From: a virus
Taxonomy: Duplodnaviria > Heunggongvirae > Uroviricota > Caudoviricetes
Reading direction: 5' to 3' (one strand)
DNA: 30,815 nt
Virus record (IMG/VR): IMGVR_UViG_2531839668_000005
The notes under the pieces were generated by a model. It was not told the origin of the DNA. It searched no databases and saw nothing but the letters and a program-made list of their open reading frames with translations. Positions 16,928 to 26,824 of the stretch are shown one piece after another. The first letter of the stretch is position 1; each line of letters opens with the position of its first letter. A program made the translations under genes and the position numbers.

Positions 16928-18157
16928 TTATGCGGCAATAACTTTGTATTTTTGAGACGAAACATAGTCACTCCACCATTGCATGAGAACCACACGTTCT
17001 GTGAGATACTCTGCACGATTGTAGGCTGCAATTATTTCATCTTTTTTCGAGTGGGCAAGGGCGGCTTCTAAGACATCAGTTCTAAACTTGCCACACTCCT
17101 CAGCCGCCGTTCTAGCGATTGATCGCATACCATGAGCTACAAGCTCACCTCCGAAGCCCATACGGATTATAGCCGCATTAGCTGTTTGTTCATGCATGTG
17201 ATTGAGTGGAGCTTTGATACTGGGAAAAACCCACTCTCTATGCCCGCTGATGGCTTTCATTGAATCCAAGACTCGCAAAGATTCTTTGCTCAGTGGAACT
17301 TTGTGAGGCTTCTTCATTTTCATAAACTCCGCCGGGATGTTCCACATGCTGGTTTCTATATCAATATCTGACCATCTTGTGCGAACAGCTTCACCAGGGC
17401 GAACCCATGTGAGAAGTTGCCACTCAATCAGTAGCCTTGTTTCTAAACGGATAGAAGCATTGTTTAGAGCAACCAGGAAGCGGGGGAGTTCGGAAGGGGG
17501 TAATGCTGGCATATTCTGTTTTTTTGGCTTGCTGAACCGTTGCCCCAGGTTGTCAGCCGGATTGAATTCTATGAGTTCTTCTGTTGCTGCATAGCGGAAA
17601 ATTTCATTCAGGCGGGATATGACGCGGCGAAGTGTTTCAAGGACACCTCGTTTTTCTATGGGGTCTAAATGCTGTTTAAGCATTTTAGGGCGAATCTCCT
17701 TAATGGGGGTATCACCCAACGTTGGAAAGATATTTCTCTCTAGGCTTCGCCAGATGTCGTTAGCATGATCCTGGGAGATGCCTGACGTTTTGACTTTCTC
17801 ATCAAGCCACTTCTTGGCTACTGCTTGAAATGTATGTTCCGTTGCATCCTTAAGGGCATTGGCTTTGTGGGTGTTATGAACTTGTGGGTCTATACCATTT
17901 GCAAGCAACGACAAGTACTCATCACGTAAAGCTCGTGCCTTCGCAAGTGTAAGGTGAGGATAGGTTCCTAAGCTCACCTTAGTTCGCTTTTTGGTCACAG
18001 GCACTGCATATCTGAAATACCAATTTTTCTTTCCTCCCTTCGCTAAGGGGGCGATTCGCAGGAGCAAACCATCGCCGTCAAAAAGGTTAACCTCTTTCTC
18101 GGCAGGTTTGGTGCTTTTGATTTCAGTGTCAGTGAGCTTCTTAGCGATTTTTGCCAT
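16928..18157 (-). CDS. int: P4-type tyrosine integrase
   Basis: From the ATG at 18155-18157: MAKIAKKLTDTEIKSTKPAEK...GLLLRIAP...WYFRY... N-terminal arm-binding domain and C-terminal HGMRS...Y catalytic region typical of P4/CP4-57 integrases; adjacent to the ssrA-derived att repeat. Confidence 0.85.
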   Translation of the reverse strand: MAKIAKKLTDTEIKSTKPAEKEVNLFDGDGLLLRIAPLAKGGKKNWYFRYAVPVTKKRTKVSLGTYPHLTLAKARALRDEYLSLLANGIDPQVHNTHKANALKDATEHTFQAVAKKWLDEKVKTSGISQDHANDIWRSLERNIFPTLGDTPIKEIRPKMLKQHLDPIEKRGVLETLRRVISRLNEIFRYAATEELIEFNPADNLGQRFSKPKKQNMPALPPSELPRFLVALNNASIRLETRLLIEWQLLTWVRPGEAVRTRWSDIDIETSMWNIPAEFMKMKKPHKVPLSKESLRVLDSMKAISGHREWVFPSIKAPLNHMHEQTANAAIIRMGFGGELVAHGMRSIARTAAEECGKFRTDVLEAALAHSKKDEIIAAYNRAEYLTERVVLMQWWSDYVSSQKYKVIAA

Positions 18158-18323
18158 GTTTGGGACCCTCATGTTTTGGACCCTTTGTGTTGGGTCCCAA
18201 AAAGGGTGCCATAACGAGTAGATTCTAGCAATTCTCGGTAGACTACTATAGACGTAAAAAAGCCCGCAAGGCTGGTTCCATGCGGGCTTGATAGACTTCA
18301 CTGAACTTCAATATATCAAAAAT

Positions 18324-18368
18324 TGGTGGAGCTGGCGGGAGTTGAACCCGCGTCCGAAATTCCTACAT
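18324..18368 (-). other. ssrA: partial ssrA (tmRNA) 3' end, attachment-site repeat
   Basis: Plus strand TGGTGGAGCTGGCGGGAGTTGAACCCGCGTCCGAAATTCCTACAT is the reverse complement of the 3' terminus of E. coli tmRNA as recalled; the match stops after 45 nt, so only the 3' end is present. Confidence 0.8.
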
Positions 18369-19130
18369 AGCATTTCAATGTCTGTAAAAACAATGATTTG
18401 CTTTGATTTTCAGTTGGTTAGATTTATGCGGTGTCTGTCCGTTTTATGGGTTTTTAACTTTCTGCCGCCAAAGTGCCGCCACTGCATTTGTCGCCTAAAC
18501 GCCTATTCGAAACGATTAATCTCTCGGCGATCTTAATCTTGGAGAGCTTATCTAGGCAGATAAAGCATATTGCTACTCCCGATACCACAAAATAGCTGCT
18601 TAAACCAAAGTATTGCCAAGTAGTTAGATGGTTTATCTTCTCCATCATCTTAGCACTTACTACAACAGAATAACTGAAAGGAAGTGCTACGATGAGACTG
18701 CTCATGAAGTAAATTAGAGTTGTTATGATTTTTATTAATTTTCTATATATGCTGTATTTATATCTTTTTTTATTCCATGCGAATATTTCTTTATGGGTGG
18801 TAATGGAAATTAGACTTTGACATTGGAATAATTATCTATATCGCTAACGGGGTTTGTTGTGTTGAGTAATATTAATCTTTGTTTTTTGTCAATGTGTTAT
18901 CTTTGGTTAATGCAGCAATGCCGTAATCTTCCGCCAGTTTTTTGAAGGTCGGATCTTCACTGCTTTTATACATCTGATATGAAAATTCGCTAATGTTTTT
19001 ACGTGATGTGAATAGTTTATCTTTTTTATAAGTCCACCCTGTTTTAAGCCCTAATAAGGATATAATGGCAGATAGGGAAGGGAATAATATTTTTATAAGT
19101 AACTCTAGTTCGCTATTCATAAATTACTAC

Positions 19131-20147
19131 TTACCTCAAATTAAATAAAGGATTTTTAGTTACGGCATCTTCTAAATGGTCTGGGGCGAAGTGTGCATAG
19201 ACCATGGTCATTTTTATATCTGAATGTCCTAGGATATCCCGCAAAACCAATATGTTTCCACCATTCATCATAAAATGGCTAGCGAATGTATGACGCAGAA
19301 CGTGAGTACATTGACCCTCTGGCAGATCGATACCAGCCCGCTTTACTGCACGCTCAAAGGCTTTTCTGCATGGGGTGAATAACTTCCCCCTATTCTTAGG
19401 CAGTTCTTCATATAAATCCTTAGAAATAGGCACAGTTCGGTTTTTCTTGCCTTTGGTCTTGGTATAAGTGATACGGTATTTTGATACCTGATGACTCTGC
19501 AGGTTTTCGGCTTCGCTCCAGCGTGCGCCGGTGGCCAGGCATATTTTTGCAATCAAAAGCAGGCTGGAGCTTTGAGAATCGGCGCAGGCATCCAGCAGAC
19601 GTTTAATTTCTTCCGGGGTCAGGAACGCCAATTCACTCTCAGCAATTTTAAATGTTGGCAGCCCAGCAAGCGGGTTGGGGGCTGACCAGTGGCCCAGCTT
19701 TTTCAGCGTACCAAAAACAGATGATAGATTGCGCTGTTCAAGGTTTACCGTGCGGGGCTTAACGGGCGACATAAACGTGCCATCTTCATTTCGTACTTCA
19801 CCTTTTAACCGTGCTTCGCGGTATTTCGTAAAGTCACCGGCTGTCAGTTCTGAGGCGATGGGGTCGCCTAGACCATTACAGATAATTCTAAGTTTCGCCA
19901 TGAGGCGCTTGGGGTCTGCGAGTGTCTGACCATACAGGGAATACCAAAGCTCAATTAATTCTGATAGGTGTCGCCGATCATCCTTTTCTCCTAACCACGG
20001 TTTTTTGTTCACTTCTTCCATTGTGAAGCTTTCAAATGCAATGGCTTCGCCTTTGGTAGCAAATTGCTTACGCACGCGCTTACCATTGCGTCCATTGGGA
20101 TAGCACTCACACAACCATTTTCCGTTCGGCTGTTTTCTGATGGTCAT
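19131..20147 (-). CDS. int: P2/186-type phage tyrosine integrase
   Basis: N-terminus ...YPNGRNGKRVRKQFATKGEAIAFE... and C-terminal HVLRHTFASHFMMNGG...LGHSDIKMTMVYAH catalytic region; followed by the CI repressor gene on the same strand. Confidence 0.85.
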   Translation of the reverse strand: MTIRKQPNGKWLCECYPNGRNGKRVRKQFATKGEAIAFESFTMEEVNKKPWLGEKDDRRHLSELIELWYSLYGQTLADPKRLMAKLRIICNGLGDPIASELTAGDFTKYREARLKGEVRNEDGTFMSPVKPRTVNLEQRNLSSVFGTLKKLGHWSAPNPLAGLPTFKIAESELAFLTPEEIKRLLDACADSQSSSLLLIAKICLATGARWSEAENLQSHQVSKYRITYTKTKGKKNRTVPISKDLYEELPKNRGKLFTPCRKAFERAVKRAGIDLPEGQCTHVLRHTFASHFMMNGGNILVLRDILGHSDIKMTMVYAHFAPDHLEDAVTKNPLFNLR

Positions 20148-20150
20148 AAG

Positions 20151-20789
20151 TTAGAGGTTCTTGATTACTTTGACTGCACGTCCTACAACTTCCACATCAT
20201 CTACAGAACATTCAAATGAAGTGTCATCTTGGCTAACTACTATTTTGTTTCCGGGTATGCGCGCAATTTTGACGATGCTTTTAACTCCGTCCATATCGAC
20301 TAACCAGAAGCCATTACTGACTTGTTTAACGGACGTATCCACTACAAAGCTATTATTAGCTGTTTTAACAAATAAAGCGTTGGATGAGTCACCATCGAGC
20401 AGGCTGCTATCAAGAAGAATTTCATCACTTGCCTGCAGTTCGCCGTTCTTCAGTTCAACACGTTTGATGCTAGGAGCAACGATCTTAGAAAGTGGTCTTA
20501 CAGTGACGGGAGGTTCATTTTTGAGATTTGTTTCTTCGTTCTCACACGCATACATATCTCCTTGACCAGTAGCCAGCCATAGAAGGGAAGCTCCTGTTTC
20601 AAGGGCACATTGAATTACCCATTCGGCAGGAAAGCTATCCCTTAAGTATCTGTTAGCCATAGTGCTTTTGGATACTTCCAGATGTTCGCAGAGCTGCTGT
20701 CGTGAGCTGAAGTTGTAAGCCTTAATAAGCCTGTTAATTGCATCGCGCCCACCACTATCATTTCCCGCTTTGATTAAACTCATAATCAA
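20151..20789 (-). CDS. cI: 186-like CI immunity repressor
   Basis: CALETGASLLWLATGQGDMY and C-terminal WLVDMDGVKSIVKIARIPGNK...FECSVDDVEVVGRAVKV closely resemble phage 186 CI as recalled. Confidence 0.75.
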   Translation of the reverse strand: MIMSLIKAGNDSGGRDAINRLIKAYNFSSRQQLCEHLEVSKSTMANRYLRDSFPAEWVIQCALETGASLLWLATGQGDMYACENEETNLKNEPPVTVRPLSKIVAPSIKRVELKNGELQASDEILLDSSLLDGDSSNALFVKTANNSFVVDTSVKQVSNGFWLVDMDGVKSIVKIARIPGNKIVVSQDDTSFECSVDDVEVVGRAVKVIKNL

Positions 20790-20794
20790 ACCTC

Positions 20795-20823
20795 TTGACG
20801 TATATAAAAAGTGATCTTAATAT
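20795..20823 (+). promoter_or_regulatory. sigma70-type promoter candidate for the early lytic operon (pR-like)
   Basis: TTGACG (20795-20800), 17-bp spacer, TAATAT (20818-20823), in the cI to apl intergenic switch region. Confidence 0.45.
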
Positions 20824-20899
20824 CCATTCATGGTTTGAAAAGCAAAACCAAACCACATAAAACAAGATAAAACGAAACCAAACTAAGAGATACTGCACT

Positions 20900-21058
20900 A
20901 TGAGTACTGATATTTCAATTCGTGTACCAAAAGAGATGGCAACGCCTGCTGAGTTCGCTGAATGGGAAGGTATCTCCCGCGGCTCTGTGTATCAAAAAAT
21001 TCACCATGGTCAGCTTGCTAAATACATGGTCAAGAAGGAAAAAACAAAGGCCGCGTAA
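20900..21058 (+). CDS. Apl/Cox-like small HTH excision-regulatory protein (52 aa)
   Basis: Small ORF, not in the supplied track, at the position of apl/cox in P2/186-like phages; translated by eye as MSTDISIRVPKEMATPAEFAEWEGISRGSVYQKIHHGQLAKYMVKKEKTKAA. Confidence 0.5.
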   Translation: MSTDISIRVPKEMATPAEFAEWEGISRGSVYQKIHHGQLAKYMVKKEKTKAA

Positions 21059-21173
21059 GCCTGCGTTATTTAATGTACAAAACCGATCAGGTCCGTGAAT
21101 CCCTCGGTCATTCCAACTTCCGCGTCATTGTTGGTAAGTAAGTTCAATTATGAGAACTTTCTAAGGGGGTAGC

Positions 21174-21683
21174 ATGTTTGATTATAAGATTTCCAAACAC
21201 CCGCATTTTGATGAAGCCTGTAGAGCTTTTGCACTTCGTCACAATATGGCGAAGCTGGCAGAACGTGCAGGAATGAATGTCCAGACTCTGCGAAACAAAC
21301 TCAACCCAGATCAACCGCATCAGCTCAATGCGCCAGAAATCTGGCTGCTTACCGATCTGACTGAAGATTCAACGCTGATAGATGGTTTTCTGGCACAGAT
21401 TCACTGCCTGCCATGTGTACCGATTAATGAGGTAGCAAAAGAGAAACTGCCGCATTACGTCATGAGTGCAACCGCAGAGATCGGGCGTGTTGCTGCAGGT
21501 GCGGTATCTGGCGATGTAAAAACCAGTGCCGGTCGTCGTGATGCCATCAGCAGCATTAATTCTGTAACACGACTGATGGCGCTGGCGGCTGTTTCATTGC
21601 AGGCCCGTTTACAGGCTAACCCTGCGATGGCGAGTGCAGTTGATACTGTGACTGGCCTCGGTGCTTCATTCGGTTTGCTGTGA
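21174..21683 (+). CDS. cII: 186-like CII regulatory protein
   Basis: 169 aa, HTH region AKLAERAGMNVQTLRNKLNP; position and size match phage 186 CII. Confidence 0.65.
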   Translation: MFDYKISKHPHFDEACRAFALRHNMAKLAERAGMNVQTLRNKLNPDQPHQLNAPEIWLLTDLTEDSTLIDGFLAQIHCLPCVPINEVAKEKLPHYVMSATAEIGRVAAGAVSGDVKTSAGRRDAISSINSVTRLMALAAVSLQARLQANPAMASAVDTVTGLGASFGLL

Positions 21684-21690
21684 GGTGCTT

Positions 21691-21987
21691 ATGCTGACGA
21701 AAGAACCATCATTTGCGTCGCTGCTGGTAAAACAAAGTCCGGCAATGCACTACGGTCACGGCTGGATCACGGGTGAGGATGGAAAACGCTGGCATCCATG
21801 TCATTCACAAGATGAATTGCTGTCTGAATTGACCACGAGGAAACGGAGAAAGTCCAAATGTATGCGGCAGAAAGTGAAGTGGTTTATCAGTTTCGTTACA
21901 GAGGGGAGAGTTATTCAGTACCTGAAGATGATTTGCTCTGTTGCTATCCGTCATTGTCGGGCGATGGCAGTTACTTTTTCACGTTAA
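21691..21987 (+). CDS. hypothetical phage early protein (possibly Fil-like); 3' boundary uncertain
   Basis: ATG at 21691 preceded by GAGGTG; overlaps the next ORF in another frame, so one of the two boundaries is wrong. Confidence 0.3.
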   Translation: MLTKEPSFASLLVKQSPAMHYGHGWITGEDGKRWHPCHSQDELLSELTTRKRRKSKCMRQKVKWFISFVTEGRVIQYLKMICSVAIRHCRAMAVTFSR

Positions 21988-22082
21988 AGGATGGGACGTT
22001 TTTACGGGGAGAGCAGGTTAAAGAGACGATACGAAAAAATGTATCTCCTCTTGAGCGTTACCGTAAGAACAAAGAACGATAG
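21858..22082 (+). CDS. hypothetical phage early protein (74 aa)
   Basis: ATG with GGAGAAAG upstream; within the early operon. Confidence 0.4.
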   Translation: MYAAESEVVYQFRYRGESYSVPEDDLLCCYPSLSGDGSYFFTLKDGTFLRGEQVKETIRKNVSPLERYRKNKER

Positions 22083-22104
22083 CTGCGTTTGGGGGATATG
22101 AAGT

Positions 22105-22446
22105 ATGGCAATTAATGGCGCTGCAGCAACTGTTCCATTAAGCCCCGGTGAACGCCTGAATGGACTTAATCACATTGCGGAGTTAAGGGCGAAAGTTTTT
22201 GGCATGAATATTGAGTCAGAGCTTGAGCGGTTTATTAAAGATATGCGTGATCCACGGGATATCAATAATGAACAAAATAAACGGGCACTGGCTGCCATAT
22301 TCTTTATGGCAAAAATTCCAGCTGAACGTCATAGCATCAGCATTAATGAGCTGACCACTGACGAAAAGCGGGAGCTGATTAAAGCAATGAATCATTTTCG
22401 TGCAGTGGTGAGCTTATTTCCCAGACGGCTAACCATGCCGAATTAA
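22105..22446 (+). CDS. hypothetical phage early protein (113 aa)
   Basis: ORF in the early operon; no family recognised. Confidence 0.45.
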   Translation: MAINGAAATVPLSPGERLNGLNHIAELRAKVFGMNIESELERFIKDMRDPRDINNEQNKRALAAIFFMAKIPAERHSISINELTTDEKRELIKAMNHFRAVVSLFPRRLTMPN

Positions 22447-22513
22447 CCAACTAATGAAATTAATGGCGTAAACCCGCCGGGCATCCCTTTATCTAAATTC
22501 AGGAGAATTGATT

Positions 22514-22747
22514 ATGCGTAATATTGAAACCCTCACGACTAAAACCGGACCGGATGATGCAGGGCTTAATATTTTACTGACAGAGGCTCGTCTGGAAGAA
22601 CGCCGGGCAAGGGCTGAAGCAATGGCAGCTCGCCTTGATAGCCTGGCGTGTCATATCACATCCCGCCAACTAAACCACGTCGAAGCGGCAGAACTGCTGC
22701 GTGTGACTGCTGAAGCAATCCAGAACGAAGCGCAGGAGATCCACTGA
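22514..22747 (+). CDS. hypothetical phage early protein (77 aa from the ATG at 22514)
   Basis: AGGAG at 22501-22505 before the ATG at 22514; stop overlaps the next start (TGATG). Confidence 0.45.
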   Translation: MRNIETLTTKTGPDDAGLNILLTEARLEERRARAEAMAARLDSLACHITSRQLNHVEAAELLRVTAEAIQNEAQEIH

Positions 22748-22974
22748 TGGCTGATGCAATGGATCTCGTACAGCAGCGAGTTGAAGAAGAACGCCAACGT
22801 CATATCCGTGCTGCCCGTGCCAAAGCGCCGGGCGTGTCCCGCGTGCTTTGCGTTGAGTGTGAAGCGCCAATTCCGCCAGCACGCCGCCGTGCCATTCCGG
22901 GGGTGCAGCTTTGCATTACCTGTCAGGAAATCGCAGAGCTGAAAGGCAAACATTACAACGGAGGTGCTGTATGA
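22747..22974 (+). CDS. TraR/DksA-family C4 zinc-finger protein
   Basis: 75 aa with CVECEAPIPPARRRAIPGVQLCITCQ (Cys-x2-Cys ... Cys-x2-Cys), as found in the P2-like zinc-finger early protein. Confidence 0.7.
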   Translation: MADAMDLVQQRVEEERQRHIRAARAKAPGVSRVLCVECEAPIPPARRRAIPGVQLCITCQEIAELKGKHYNGGAV

Positions 22975-23828
22975 GCACCATCCTGAAATGGGCGGGAAAT
23001 AAAACCGCCATTATGTCCGAACTGAAAAAACACCTTCCTGCTGGCCCGCGACTGGTTGAACCTTTCGCGGGTTCCTGTGCTGTGATGATGGAGACGGATT
23101 ACCCCAGCTATCTGGTTGCGGATATTAATCCTGATTTAATCAACCTCTATAAAAAGGTTGCTGCTGATTGTGAATCGTTTATATCTCGCGCCAGAGTTTT
23201 ATTTGAGATCGCAAACAGGGAGGTGGCTTATTACAACATAAGGCAGGAGTTTAATTACTCCACTGAAATTACTGATTTCATGAAAGCGGTATATTTCCTG
23301 TATCTCAATCGTCACGGTTACCGTGGTTTATGTCGCTATAACAAGAGCGGGCATTTCAACATTCCCTACGGTAATTATAAAAATCCGTATTTCCCTGAAA
23401 AAGAAATTCGCGCATTTGCAGAAAAGGCCCAGCGAGCAACGTTTATCTGCGCCAGCTTTGATGAAACGCTGGCGATGTTGAAGGCGGGGGATGTGGTGTA
23501 TTGCGATCCGCCGTATGACGGTACGTTTTCCGGCTATCACACTGATGGTTTCACTGAAGATGACCAGTATCACCTGGCATCTGTTCTTGAACATCGGTCA
23601 TCAGAAGGACATCCGGTCATTGTTTCTAACAGTGACACATCCCTGATCCGTTCGCTGTATCGCAATTTTACTCACCACTACATCAAGGCAAAACGCAGCA
23701 TCGGTGTGGCAGCTGGCGAGGGTAAATCAGCAACAGAAATCATTGCTGTTTCCGGGCCGCGCTGCTGGGTGGGATTTGATTATTCGCGTGGCGTGGATAG
23801 TTCTGCCGTGTACGGAGTACGTGCATGA
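22971..23828 (+). CDS. dam: DNA adenine methyltransferase (Dam-like, N6-adenine, DPPY motif)
   Basis: [11 protein letters not shown]...FAGSCAV (AdoMet-binding region) and YCDPPYDG catalytic motif; GGAGG upstream of the ATG at 22971; stop overlaps the gene A start (ATGA). Confidence 0.85.
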   Translation: MSTILKWAGNKTAIMSELKKHLPAGPRLVEPFAGSCAVMMETDYPSYLVADINPDLINLYKKVAADCESFISRARVLFEIANREVAYYNIRQEFNYSTEITDFMKAVYFLYLNRHGYRGLCRYNKSGHFNIPYGNYKNPYFPEKEIRAFAEKAQRATFICASFDETLAMLKAGDVVYCDPPYDGTFSGYHTDGFTEDDQYHLASVLEHRSSEGHPVIVSNSDTSLIRSLYRNFTHHYIKAKRSIGVAAGEGKSATEIIAVSGPRCWVGFDYSRGVDSSAVYGVRA

Positions 23829-26239
23829 GCCATGCCGATATGAACAACTGCTGCGGCTTTAACGAGGCTGCCGCATCGTTCTCATGGAACAGCCCGAAAA
23901 AGGCCATTAACCCTTATCTGGACCCGGCGGAAGTTGCGCCGGTTTCTGCGCTTTCAAACCTGATCACTCTGTACGCTGCCGATAACGAGCAGGAACAGCT
24001 GCGCCGCGAGGCACTGAGTGATCAGGTCTGGGAGCGTTATTTCTTTAATGAATCCCGTGATCCTGTCCAGCGCGAAATGGAGCAGGATAAGCTCATTAGT
24101 CGGGCAAAGCTGGCGCATGAGCAGCAGCGTTTTAATCCAGATATGGTCATTCTGGCGGACGTCAATGCCCAGCCTTCCCATATCAGCAAGCCGCTGATGC
24201 AACGTATTGAATACTTCAGCAGCCTGGGCAGGCCAAAGGCTTATTCCCGCTATTTGCGTGAGACGATTAAGCCATGTCTGGAACGACTGGAGCATGTACG
24301 CGACAGTCAGCTATCCGCTTCTTTTCGCTTTATGGCAAGCCATGAAGGGCTGGATGGCCTGCTTATCCTGCCTGAAATGAGTCAGGATCAGGTGAAGCGC
24401 CTGTCTACCCTTGTCGCTGCGCATATGAGCATGTGCCTTGATGCAGCTTGTGGTGATTTGTATGCCACCGATGACGTTAAGCCAGAAGAAATCCGCAAGA
24501 CATGGGAAAAGGTGGCAGCGGAAACCCTGCGTCTGGATGTTATCCCGCCTGCGTTTGAGCAACTCCGTCGGAAAAGAAACCGCCGTAAACCCGTGCCCTA
24601 TGAACTCATTCCGGGTTCGCTGGCGCGTATGTTGTGCGCTGACTGGTGGTACCGGAAATTATGGAAGATGCGTTGCGAATGGCGGGAAGAGCAGTTGCGT
24701 GCTGTCTGCCTGGTCAGCAAAAAAGCATCTCCCTATGTCAGCTATGAAGCCGTGATGCATAAACGTGAGCAGCGCCGTAAGTCGCTGGAGTTTTTTCGTT
24801 CTCATGAACTGGTGAACGAAGACGGCGACACGCTGGACATGGAGGATGTGGTAAACGCCAGCAGCAGCAACCCTGCGCATCGCCGCAATGAGATGATGGC
24901 CTGTGTTAAAGGCCTGGAGCTTATCGCGGAAATGCGTGGTGACTGCGCCGTTTTCTACACCATTACCTGTCCGTCACGTTTCCATTCCACGCTCAATAAC
25001 GGCAGACCAAACCCAACCTGGACAAATGCGACGGTAAGACAAAGCAGCGATTATCTGGTCGGCATGTTTGCTGCATTTCGTAAGGCGATGCACAAAGCCG
25101 GGTTGCGCTGGTATGGCGTGCGGGTGGCTGAGCCGCATCATGACGGTACGGTTCACTGGCACCTGTTGTGTTTCATGCGCAAAAAAGACCGCCGTGCCAT
25201 TACTGCATTGTTGCGTAAGTTTGCCATCCGTGAAGACCGCGAGGAACTGGGTAATAACACTGGTCCACGCTTTAAATCTGAGCTGATAAACCCGCGCAAA
25301 GGAACACCGACAAGCTACATCGCGAAATACATTAGTAAGAACATTGACGGGCGTGGTCTGGCTGGCGAGATCAGCAAGGAAACGGGTAAATCCCTGCGTG
25401 ATAACGCTGAATACGTTAATGCCTGGGCGTCTCTGCATCGTGTTCAGCAATTCCGCTTCTTTGGTATTCCGGGGCGTCAGGCTTACCGTGAACTGCGATT
25501 GCTGGCTGGTCAGGCGGCAAGGCAACAGGGCGACAAAAAAGCAGGTGCGCCGGTACTGGATAACCCGCGCCTTGATGCCATCCTGGCTGCTGCTGATGCT
25601 GGTTGTTTTGCCACTTACATCATGAAGCAGGGTGGTGTACTGGTTCCCCGCAAATATCACCTCATCAGAACTGCTTATGAAATTAACGAAGAGCCGACCG
25701 CCTATGGCGATCACGGCATTCGTATTTATGGCATCTGGTCACCCATTGCAGAGGGCAAGATCTGCACTCATGCAGTGAAGTGGAAAATGGTTCGTAAAGC
25801 CGTTGACGTTCAGGAGGCGGTAGCCGACCAGGGCGCTTGCGCCCCTTGGACTCGTGGCAATAACTGTCCCCTTGCTGAAAATTTGTACCAACAAGGGAAA
25901 GACAAATCAGCTGATGGAGATACCAGAACGGATATCACCCGCATGGATGACAAGGAGTTGCACGATTACCTGCACAGTATGAGCAAAAAAGAGCGCCGGG
26001 AACTGGCAGCAAGGTTACGCCTGGTGAAACCGAAACGGCGTAAAGACTACAAACAGCGAATTACAGATCATCAGCGACAGCAGCTCGTGTATGAACTGAA
26101 GTCCAGGGGATTTGATGGCAGCGAGAAAGAGGTCGATTTACTGCTTCGCGGCGGCAGTATTCCGTCAGGAGCAGGCCTGCGTATCTTCTATCGGAACCAG
26201 CGTTTGCAGGAAGATGATAAGTGGCGAAACCTGTATTAA
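23825..26239 (+). CDS. P2/186 gene-A-type rolling-circle replication initiator (HUH endonuclease)
   Basis: HWHLLCF (HUH motif) and SYIAKYISK (catalytic tyrosine motif); roughly 800 aa, as for P2 gpA. Confidence 0.85.
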   Translation: MSHADMNNCCGFNEAAASFSWNSPKKAINPYLDPAEVAPVSALSNLITLYAADNEQEQLRREALSDQVWERYFFNESRDPVQREMEQDKLISRAKLAHEQQRFNPDMVILADVNAQPSHISKPLMQRIEYFSSLGRPKAYSRYLRETIKPCLERLEHVRDSQLSASFRFMASHEGLDGLLILPEMSQDQVKRLSTLVAAHMSMCLDAACGDLYATDDVKPEEIRKTWEKVAAETLRLDVIPPAFEQLRRKRNRRKPVPYELIPGSLARMLCADWWYRKLWKMRCEWREEQLRAVCLVSKKASPYVSYEAVMHKREQRRKSLEFFRSHELVNEDGDTLDMEDVVNASSSNPAHRRNEMMACVKGLELIAEMRGDCAVFYTITCPSRFHSTLNNGRPNPTWTNATVRQSSDYLVGMFAAFRKAMHKAGLRWYGVRVAEPHHDGTVHWHLLCFMRKKDRRAITALLRKFAIREDREELGNNTGPRFKSELINPRKGTPTSYIAKYISKNIDGRGLAGEISKETGKSLRDNAEYVNAWASLHRVQQFRFFGIPGRQAYRELRLLAGQAARQQGDKKAGAPVLDNPRLDAILAAADAGCFATYIMKQGGVLVPRKYHLIRTAYEINEEPTAYGDHGIRIYGIWSPIAEGKICTHAVKWKMVRKAVDVQEAVADQGACAPWTRGNNCPLAENLYQQGKDKSADGDTRTDITRMDDKELHDYLHSMSKKERRELAARLRLVKPKRRKDYKQRITDHQRQQLVYELKSRGFDGSEKEVDLLLRGGSIPSGAGLRIFYRNQRLQEDDKWRNLY

Positions 26240-26331
26240 TTACGCGGGTTAACAATTCGTGCTCTTAATAATACCAGGCATATCAGGCCGATGAGCGTAA
26301 AAAAACGTTTTACATCAGTAAGATTATTATA

Positions 26332-26351
26332 TACTGTAAATATAAACAGTG
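26332..26351. promoter_or_regulatory. LexA (SOS) box
   Basis: taCTGTaaatataaACAGtg: exact CTGT-N8-ACAG with an AT-rich spacer, about 40 bp upstream of the 26392 ORF. Confidence 0.6.
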
Positions 26352-26391
26352 GTTATTTATACAGTATTTCTTTGGTGTTATAGGAGGAAAG

Positions 26392-26580
26392 ATGCAGGAC
26401 TATTTTTTGGAGTCTTTGAAGCTCCAGCGCATTGATTTTTTTCTTAAGCTTGTAGCGGCTAGTGAGTGTAGTGATGAAGAGAAGGGGCTGGCTTTGCAGT
26501 GGGTTTCTGAACTGACAGATGAACTCATGGCAAAAATCAGAACCCACGAATACAACCGCTCAATGGATGTCATCAGTTGA
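26392..26580 (+). CDS. hypothetical protein, possibly the N-terminal part of a Tum-type SOS-inducible antirepressor
   Basis: GGAGG before the ATG; immediately downstream of the LexA box; overlaps the upstream extension of the DinI-like ORF in another frame. Confidence 0.4.
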   Translation: MQDYFLESLKLQRIDFFLKLVAASECSDEEKGLALQWVSELTDELMAKIRTHEYNRSMDVIS

Positions 26581-26590
26581 GGTGACTTTT

Positions 26591-26824
26591 ATGCGCATTG
26601 AAATAATGATCGATAAAGAGCAGAAGATTAGCCAGTCTACCCTGGACGCCTTTGAATCCGAGCTTTACCGCAATCTGCGCCCCCTGTATCCCAAAACGGT
26701 AATTCGTATCCGTAAAGGTAGCTCTAACGGTGTGGAACTGACCGGACTGCAACTGGACGAAGAAAGGAAACAAGTAATGAAAATTATGCAGAAGGTGTGG
26801 GAAGACGACAGCTGGCTGCATTAA
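26591..26824 (+). CDS. DinI-family protein (Tum C-terminal-domain-like)
   Basis: MRIEIMIDKEQ...YPKTVIRIRKGSSNGVELTG...VWEDDSWL parallels E. coli DinI (MRIEVTIAK...VSVRYAAANNLSVIG...TWESADDWF) as recalled. Confidence 0.7.
   Translation: MRIEIMIDKEQKISQSTLDAFESELYRNLRPLYPKTVIRIRKGSSNGVELTGLQLDEERKQVMKIMQKVWEDDSWLH

Noticed and set aside
17337-18301. Antisense ORFs (17337-17594, 17991-18221) and the N-terminal extension of the integrase ORF (18158-18301, MKSIKPAW...)
   Set aside because: Integrase homology begins at MAKIAKKLTDTEIK (ATG 18155-18157); the upstream extension lacks a start context and the antisense ORFs have no support.
18288-18536. ORF overlapping the ssrA 3'-end repeat
   Set aside because: Overlaps the tmRNA-derived att sequence; translation is not protein-like.
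18454-19120. Two small minus-strand ORFs (18454-18705, 18872-19120) between the att repeat and the P2-type integrase
   Set aside because: Not rejected outright but too weak to annotate: very AT-rich, no ribosome-binding site judged, no family recognised. Mentioned under the att finding.
19343-20565. ORFs overlapping the P2-type integrase and antisense to cI
   Set aside because: Overlap confidently assigned genes in other frames or strands.
22651-25714. Multiple minus-strand and alternative-frame ORFs across the TraR, dam and gene A region
   Set aside because: All overlap well-supported plus-strand genes; typical of GC-balanced coding DNA read antisense.
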